Source: a virus. Taken from it: 64,000 nt of DNA. The stretch is from IMG/VR virus record IMGVR_UViG_3300050190_000082, positions 1-64,000 of that record. One strand, given 5' to 3'. Made by a program: the position numbers and the translations under genes. The notes under the pieces are model-generated. The model was given only the letters and a program-made list of their open reading frames with translations, searched no databases and was not told the origin of the DNA. Positions 59,277 through 64,000 of the stretch are shown piece by piece. Within the stretch, counting starts at the first letter, position 1; each line of letters starts with the position of its first letter.

Positions 59277-59352
59277 ATAGAAATTCATCTCGTCTTCTAA
59301 TGCCATCTGCAAGTGTCAAGTTTTGCCGACACAACGCTTGCAGATGGTTTTT
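59277..59352 (+). ncRNA. Putative antisense copy-control RNA 1
   Basis: Promoter TAGACA(59242)-17-TAAAAT; terminator CCATCTGCAAG...CTTGCAGATGG-TTTTT; antisense to the rep leader. Confidence 0.5.
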
Positions 59353-59497
59353 GCATATACTTTATTAAATTTTGGACAAATTAAAAAGTTAGTAGCAAAA
59401 TGTATTTCTACACGCAACTACTAACTTTGACAAAACTTACTAAATTATTATCTAGATATAGACTTGATTTTATCTCTATATATAGTATAATCATTCT

Positions 59498-59580
59498 TAT
59501 AAGAAGTCCAAGCATTTGTTGTTGAAGAACATTTGCTAGATCAAAACCACTAAGTCCTTGCAAGACTAGTGGTTTTACTT
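59498..59580 (+). ncRNA. Putative small RNA 2 in the rep upstream region
   Basis: Promoter TTGATT(59464)-16-TATAAT; terminator AAAACCACTA...TAGTGGTTTT. Confidence 0.4.
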
Positions 59581-59729
59581 ATTTTATTGGGTTGATAATA
59601 TATATTCTACATCTCGACACTATTCTCCTTCAATAGAAGAAATGATTCACTAAATATTAGTATACCTTATTTTCCCCCTTGTGGATAGACTTATATAGAA
59701 ACTTTATACACAGGCATATTACGAGAAAT

Positions 59730-59773
59730 AAGCCCAGTCGATCATACTATATGTATGCTTTCGACTGGGCCTT
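59730..59773 (-). terminator. Terminator after the parA-partner operon
   Basis: GCCCAGTCGA..TCGACTGGGC arms. Confidence 0.7.
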
Positions 59774-59785
59774 TGCATTTTATCA

Positions 59786-60259
59786 CTACTTCCCTGCTTT
59801 GTTTTCCTTAAAATCTATATCTTCCATAAAACTATTTAACATAAATCTAACAAATGCACTTTCATTTTCAAATTTCTTACTCATTTCTTGTACAAATGTC
59901 TTTTGTTTTTTTGTAACATTTGCAACTAATCTTGACGAAAATTTTTCATTCTTAATCGGTATCTGTACACTATATTTCATAGGTGTTTGAATAGTATTTA
60001 TTGGGGTTTCTAGTGTAGTAGTTAGTGCACTACTCTGTTCACTTGTTAAGGTATTACTTGGTATACTATCTTTGTCTGTATTAAAGACATTTTCCTTGAC
60101 GCTACTTTGTTGTGTTACATTTACACTTTCATCCTTACTATCTTGGATAGTCTCACGTACAACATCTTTAATAGTATCTACTTCTGTATCTAATACAATG
60201 ATCTGTTCAGTATCCTTCTTTTTACCAAATCCTACTCCCTGAACAAGTTTCTTACTCAT
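59786..60259 (-). CDS. Putative type Ib centromere-binding protein (C-terminal ribbon-helix-helix)
   Basis: Coupled to parA; low-complexity N-terminus, C-terminal RLVANVT..NESAFVRFML RHH-like pattern. Confidence 0.6.
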   Translation of the reverse strand: MSKKLVQGVGFGKKKDTEQIIVLDTEVDTIKDVVRETIQDSKDESVNVTQQSSVKENVFNTDKDSIPSNTLTSEQSSALTTTLETPINTIQTPMKYSVQIPIKNEKFSSRLVANVTKKQKTFVQEMSKKFENESAFVRFMLNSFMEDIDFKENKAGK

Positions 60260-61041
60260 AATGCTAAAACCTCCTCTGTAAAGCTTATATAGTCCATTAC
60301 AGCATCATTAGTAGGTGAATATATAATTGGTGGTTGTCCAACATATTGAGCTTCACCTATCCTTACACTTCTTCTGATTGCAGTTTTAAAAACATGAATA
60401 TTTCTTTGCTCACAAAACTTCTGAATCTCTTGTGAAACATTACTTGATAGATTTGTTCTTGCTTGAAATATTGTCATTAAAACCCCAAGAATATTTACAT
60501 TAGGATTATAATCATCCTTAACTATTTTCACAGTCTTTAATAAATCATTCAATCCAGATAATGCAAATTGTTCTGGAGGTGTAGGTATTATTATTCCATC
60601 AGTAGCCGACAAACAATTAATCGTAAGCCAACCCAACGAAGGAGGACAGTCAATAATTATAAAATCATAATTGTCTTTAATATCAGCAATAGCATTTTTC
60701 AACCAATGGGCAGGAGTATACTCTTCCCTATTGTGTTCAACTAACATATCAAAATTAGCTAAAGACAAATTGCTTGGTATTAGATCAACTTGATAATCCG
60801 TTTTTATAATTACATCTTTAATAGAATACTTGTCTACAAATACATCATAGATTGTTTTCTCTATGTCTTCAGGCTTGATCCCTATTGAAAGTGAGATATT
60901 TCCTTGAGGGTCAAAATCTATGATGAGAACCTTTTTCTTTTTCTTTGCTAAAGCTGTTGCTAGACAAACAACAGTTGTACTTTTACCGACTCCACCTTTC
61001 TGTAAACTCACGCATATGGTATTAGTCTTTACATTGCCCAT
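60256..61041 (-). CDS. parA: ParA/Soj Walker-type partition ATPase
   Basis: QKGGVGKST, DFDPQGN, DCPPSLG; ATG 61041 after SD AAGGAG (track start 61056). Confidence 0.95.
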   Translation of the reverse strand: MGNVKTNTICVSLQKGGVGKSTTVVCLATALAKKKKKVLIIDFDPQGNISLSIGIKPEDIEKTIYDVFVDKYSIKDVIIKTDYQVDLIPSNLSLANFDMLVEHNREEYTPAHWLKNAIADIKDNYDFIIIDCPPSLGWLTINCLSATDGIIIPTPPEQFALSGLNDLLKTVKIVKDDYNPNVNILGVLMTIFQARTNLSSNVSQEIQKFCEQRNIHVFKTAIRRSVRIGEAQYVGQPPIIYSPTNDAVMDYISFTEEVLAL

Positions 61042-61181
61042 AATAATCTCCTTCATACTATTAAATATAGTGTTAAATGCTTGCCATTAGTTAGTGCACT
61101 GTGTAGTGTACTGTTTAAACAATTGCTTATTATGCTGATTATACCATAGAGTAGTCATAAATTAAATACCCTTGCATATAT

Positions 61182-61203
61182 AAGTGTTAAACAAGTGTTA
61201 AAC
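61182..61203 (+). repeat. Tandem 11-bp direct repeat (candidate parC/operator)
   Basis: AAGTGTTAAAC x2; related AGTGTTAAAT near 61069. Confidence 0.5.
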
Positions 61204-61224
61204 AAAACTAGGGAGGGATTATCC

Positions 61225-62121
61225 ATGTTGTTTTTTGATTGCGGTAATTCATACATTAAAGCAAGAAATTCTATAGGGAGGGAATTAATAAATTTATCTG
61301 TGGTAGGAAAAATTCAAGACACCTTCACAGAAAAAGAACTATTCCAAATAGACAATAAATACATTGGTGAAGATGCAATTTTGCATGGTTATGCACAAGA
61401 TTATTCATTAGATGAGATCAAAACAGAACAATCCACATTTAAAACTCTCACAAAATATGCTTTATGCAAGTACAAAGATGAAACTAAAATAGTTTTCTTA
61501 TTCCCTTTTGAATCATATTTTACAGAAAAGAAGCAAATAATAGAAATGTTCTCACGAAATATGGATATTGAATATAAAATCGGCAATACAACTTATACTC
61601 ATAGATTTAGACCTACTTTAATCAAAAGTCTCCCTCAAGGGTATTCTGCTGGAATGGATTATTTTCTTGATGACAAAGGCAAAATTAAAGAAGAAATCCC
61701 GAATATAACTCTAATAATTGATATAGGAATGGGTACTTGTAATCTGATTTATTTACTCAGGGGAGAAATAGTTAGAGAAATGAGTCATACAACTAAAAAT
61801 GGAATGCATCAGATTTACAAAAGAGCATTAAATGGTAGAAAGATTTATGAAGTTGACTTGTACAATGGTTATGATTCAGTAGCACCTTTGTATGATGACT
61901 TAGCAACATTAATAAAATCGGATATATCAACTTATTATGAAATTAAAAAAATAGATAAAATAGTTGTTGTAGGTGGAGGTGGAACTGCTATTTATAATTT
62001 CTTACCTTGGACGAATAAAGTCTCACATAAAGGGCAAATGACAAATATTAGAGGAGCTGAAAAGGTGGTGAAAAATTTATCATGGGGGAATTTAGAGCAT
62101 TCAGGGATGATAATGTCTTAA
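61225..62121 (+). CDS. parM: ParM/StbA actin-like ATPase
   Basis: DCGNSYIK, PQG, IDIGMGT, VGGGG; ATG 61225 after SD GGGAGGG (track start 61195). Confidence 0.85.
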   Translation: MLFFDCGNSYIKARNSIGRELINLSVVGKIQDTFTEKELFQIDNKYIGEDAILHGYAQDYSLDEIKTEQSTFKTLTKYALCKYKDETKIVFLFPFESYFTEKKQIIEMFSRNMDIEYKIGNTTYTHRFRPTLIKSLPQGYSAGMDYFLDDKGKIKEEIPNITLIIDIGMGTCNLIYLLRGEIVREMSHTTKNGMHQIYKRALNGRKIYEVDLYNGYDSVAPLYDDLATLIKSDISTYYEIKKIDKIVVVGGGGTAIYNFLPWTNKVSHKGQMTNIRGAEKVVKNLSWGNLEHSGMIMS

Positions 62122-62312
62122 AACCTTTATTAGATGCAATTCCTAAGAAAAAAATGAGTAAAGTAATTAGGAGAGCATTATATGATTATTTTTTCAAAGG
62201 GAAAGATATAGTTATGGCAGAGGATGAAGATAGTTATATAGAAGAAATTAAACAAGTTGAAATTAAAATAGAACCTGTGAGAGAGATTAAATTTGATATG
62301 TTTGAAGATTAG
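62082..62312 (+). CDS. ParR-like RHH adaptor
   Basis: Small, overlaps the parM end; ..LDAIPK..MS.VIRRALYDYF; acidic tail. Confidence 0.6.
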   Translation: MGEFRAFRDDNVLKPLLDAIPKKKMSKVIRRALYDYFFKGKDIVMAEDEDSYIEEIKQVEIKIEPVREIKFDMFED

Positions 62313-62337
62313 TCCTGATTTCTCAGGGCTTTTTCTT
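62311..62337 (+). terminator. Rho-independent terminator
   Basis: AGTCCTGA-tttc-TCAGGGCT followed by T-run. Confidence 0.7.
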
Positions 62338-62612
62338 TTACCCTTTTACCAATACCCAAGATTATGTGCCATTGCAATTGCTAAGAAACTATATGAAATT
62401 GTGAGTATAGCTATTATTGTGAGATTGTTTTTGGTGTTTGCAGTCATTTGTTTATTCTCCTACTATTTTATTATTGATATTATTATGTCCTTTATTTTTG
62501 TATATATTGAGTTATTCTATTGGAATAAATTGGGGTGAATAATACAGGAATATGTACAATCTGCACTCTAATACTATTAACCATAGCCACAAACTAGTAA
62601 AGGGGTGAAAAC

Positions 62613-62846
62613 ATGATTACCGATAAACTCAACAAATCAGAGATCAAAGTTTTAGAAGTTTTAAAGGAGCATTTTACAGATACCGATTCTGCTACTAAAA
62701 TTTCAGTCTTAGCTGATATGACAGGATTAAGTTATTATTCCATTCGGAACATAGTGAAATCTCTTTATATCGCTGGTTTATGTTCTAAGGGCAGAAGGGA
62801 CGGAAATGGTGAAACATATTATTATGTTGATCAGAAATTAGTTTAA
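62613..62846 (+). CDS. Small winged-helix DNA-binding protein
   Basis: L...E..VL..ISVLADMTGLSYYSIR..V.SL...GL. Confidence 0.7.
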   Translation: MITDKLNKSEIKVLEVLKEHFTDTDSATKISVLADMTGLSYYSIRNIVKSLYIAGLCSKGRRDGNGETYYYVDQKLV

Positions 62847-62858
62847 GGAGTTGATGTT

Positions 62859-63068
62859 ATGACTGATTTTATCAAGCCAGAATGTAAAATCATATGTAAT
62901 GAAGGGAAAGATGTCTATTATCTCATTAAAACTGTTGTGAAAAGTTTAAAGGAAGCAGGGTTTAAGGACAGAGCAAAAGATTTTGCAAGTAAAGTGGATA
63001 GTATGGAATATGACGATATTTTGAAATTGTGTTTAGAAAATGTTGAGTTTTGTTTTGTATATAGGTAG
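62859..63068 (+). CDS. Hypothetical protein
   Basis: SD AAGGAG. Confidence 0.6.
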   Translation: MTDFIKPECKIICNEGKDVYYLIKTVVKSLKEAGFKDRAKDFASKVDSMEYDDILKLCLENVEFCFVYR

Positions 63069-63103
63069 GGGGATTTGGGATTAAATTTAAGGAGGAATTA
63101 TTA

Positions 63104-63370
63104 ATGAATTTAACATTTAGAATTATAGATTATGGTTATAAATTTTCATTGCCAAACACTTTTACAATTACTGATAGGGAATATTGGGGTGAGGTATCAT
63201 TTGATTATGAACCAACAAAAAGAGATGTTATTGAAGCATTAGTAGATAAAGGATTTTTTAAACCAAGAATAAATCAAGACCAAATTGAAGTTATTGATTG
63301 CAATGATGGATATGAATTGTTTGATAATCATTTGGATGGATTACCTTATTGCAAATTAGAAATTGTTTAA
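63104..63370 (+). CDS. Hypothetical protein
   Basis: SD AAGGAGG. Confidence 0.6.
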   Translation: MNLTFRIIDYGYKFSLPNTFTITDREYWGEVSFDYEPTKRDVIEALVDKGFFKPRINQDQIEVIDCNDGYELFDNHLDGLPYCKLEIV

Positions 63371-63653
63371 GGAGGAATTGATAATGGAAGCAGTTTTCAC
63401 AAGATTTGACAATGAGGACAATTGGGTTCAGGGTGAATGTGGTGGATTTAGTTTTGATGCAAAATTGTACAATAATCCTTCAAGATTTGGTATTGATGGT
63501 GGGAGAATCAGTAAGTTATGTATTCAAAATCAGTATGGAATGATGGCTAACTGGGATAGAGGATGGGATATTGAACCGAGTGAGGAGTTTATGGAAGAAT
63601 ATGAAGCTATTGTAGATTTGTTGGAGAATAGTGATGTTAGGGATTTTGGGTAG
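63363..63653 (+). CDS. Conserved hypothetical protein
   Basis: W..G...F.AK.Y..PS.FGI.GGRISKL...WDRGWD..P motif. Confidence 0.65.
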   Translation: MFKEELIMEAVFTRFDNEDNWVQGECGGFSFDAKLYNNPSRFGIDGGRISKLCIQNQYGMMANWDRGWDIEPSEEFMEEYEAIVDLLENSDVRDFG

Positions 63654-64000
63654 GATTTGGGTTAGTGGTTGATTATTAAAATTAAGGAGGATGATTGAAA
63701 TGAGTAAACGTTTTTGGGGATGGTCATTTCTAATAACTTCGAGTTTAGCTGTAGTTTGTGTAGTTATTGAGATCAGTAAATTTTTCTAATTAATGAAGGA
63801 GGATGATTTTTATTATGAAGAAAACAATTGTATATTCGCTAGGTGTTATTTCAGTAATCGAATTTGGAAGGTTTTTAATGGTTTCATCTAATGTATGGTT
63901 AGGGTGTGTTGGAATTGTTGTTTCACTAACTGGAATAGGGTTGACTGGATTATTCATTTACAAAAGGACACCAATATTGATAAATGAATTTAAAAGACTA

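Noticed and set aside
59679-59990. Plus-strand 103-aa ORF (also 62293..62538)
   Set aside because: The first is antisense to the parA partner; both run through terminators and have no SD.

Overview
AT-rich 64-kb segment of a large temperate Firmicute (Clostridia-like, anaerobic host) phage-plasmid with SPbeta-like gene organisation. Left end: a probable lysis-lysogeny control region with an unannotated AgrD-like peptide gene (231-350), an XRE-HTH/MazF fusion, a LexA-box promoter, a DGQHR/ParB-like gene, a degenerate tyrosine-recombinase-like gene (resembling SPbeta YopQ/YopR) and an XRE regulator. Middle: three arrays of short accessory ORFs plus DNA ligase, methyltransferases, an SNF2 helicase and six homing-type endonucleases. 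These flank a lytic replisome (SSB-like, Sak4-like ATPase, DnaB, primase, PD-(D/E)XK nuclease, DnaE, RecD2) and nucleotide-metabolism genes (NrdDG, dUTPase, ThyX-like, dNMP kinase, HAD nucleotidase). Right end: a plasmid-type replicon (short lambda-O-like initiator, iterons, DnaA boxes, probable antisense RNAs) and two divergent partition systems (ParA-type and ParM/ParR-type). The most striking unexplained signal is about 35 copies of a 16-bp dyad, T(A/C/G)AA(A/T)-N6-TTT(T/C/G/A)A, lying between stop codon and next RBS in the accessory arrays; I did not find it at junctions of the replication operon. Together with empty units and two elements carrying three phased repeats, this looks like an integron-like gene-cassette system. 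No tRNA, rRNA, CRISPR array or virion structural genes were recognised. All family calls are by motif recognition; no database search was run.
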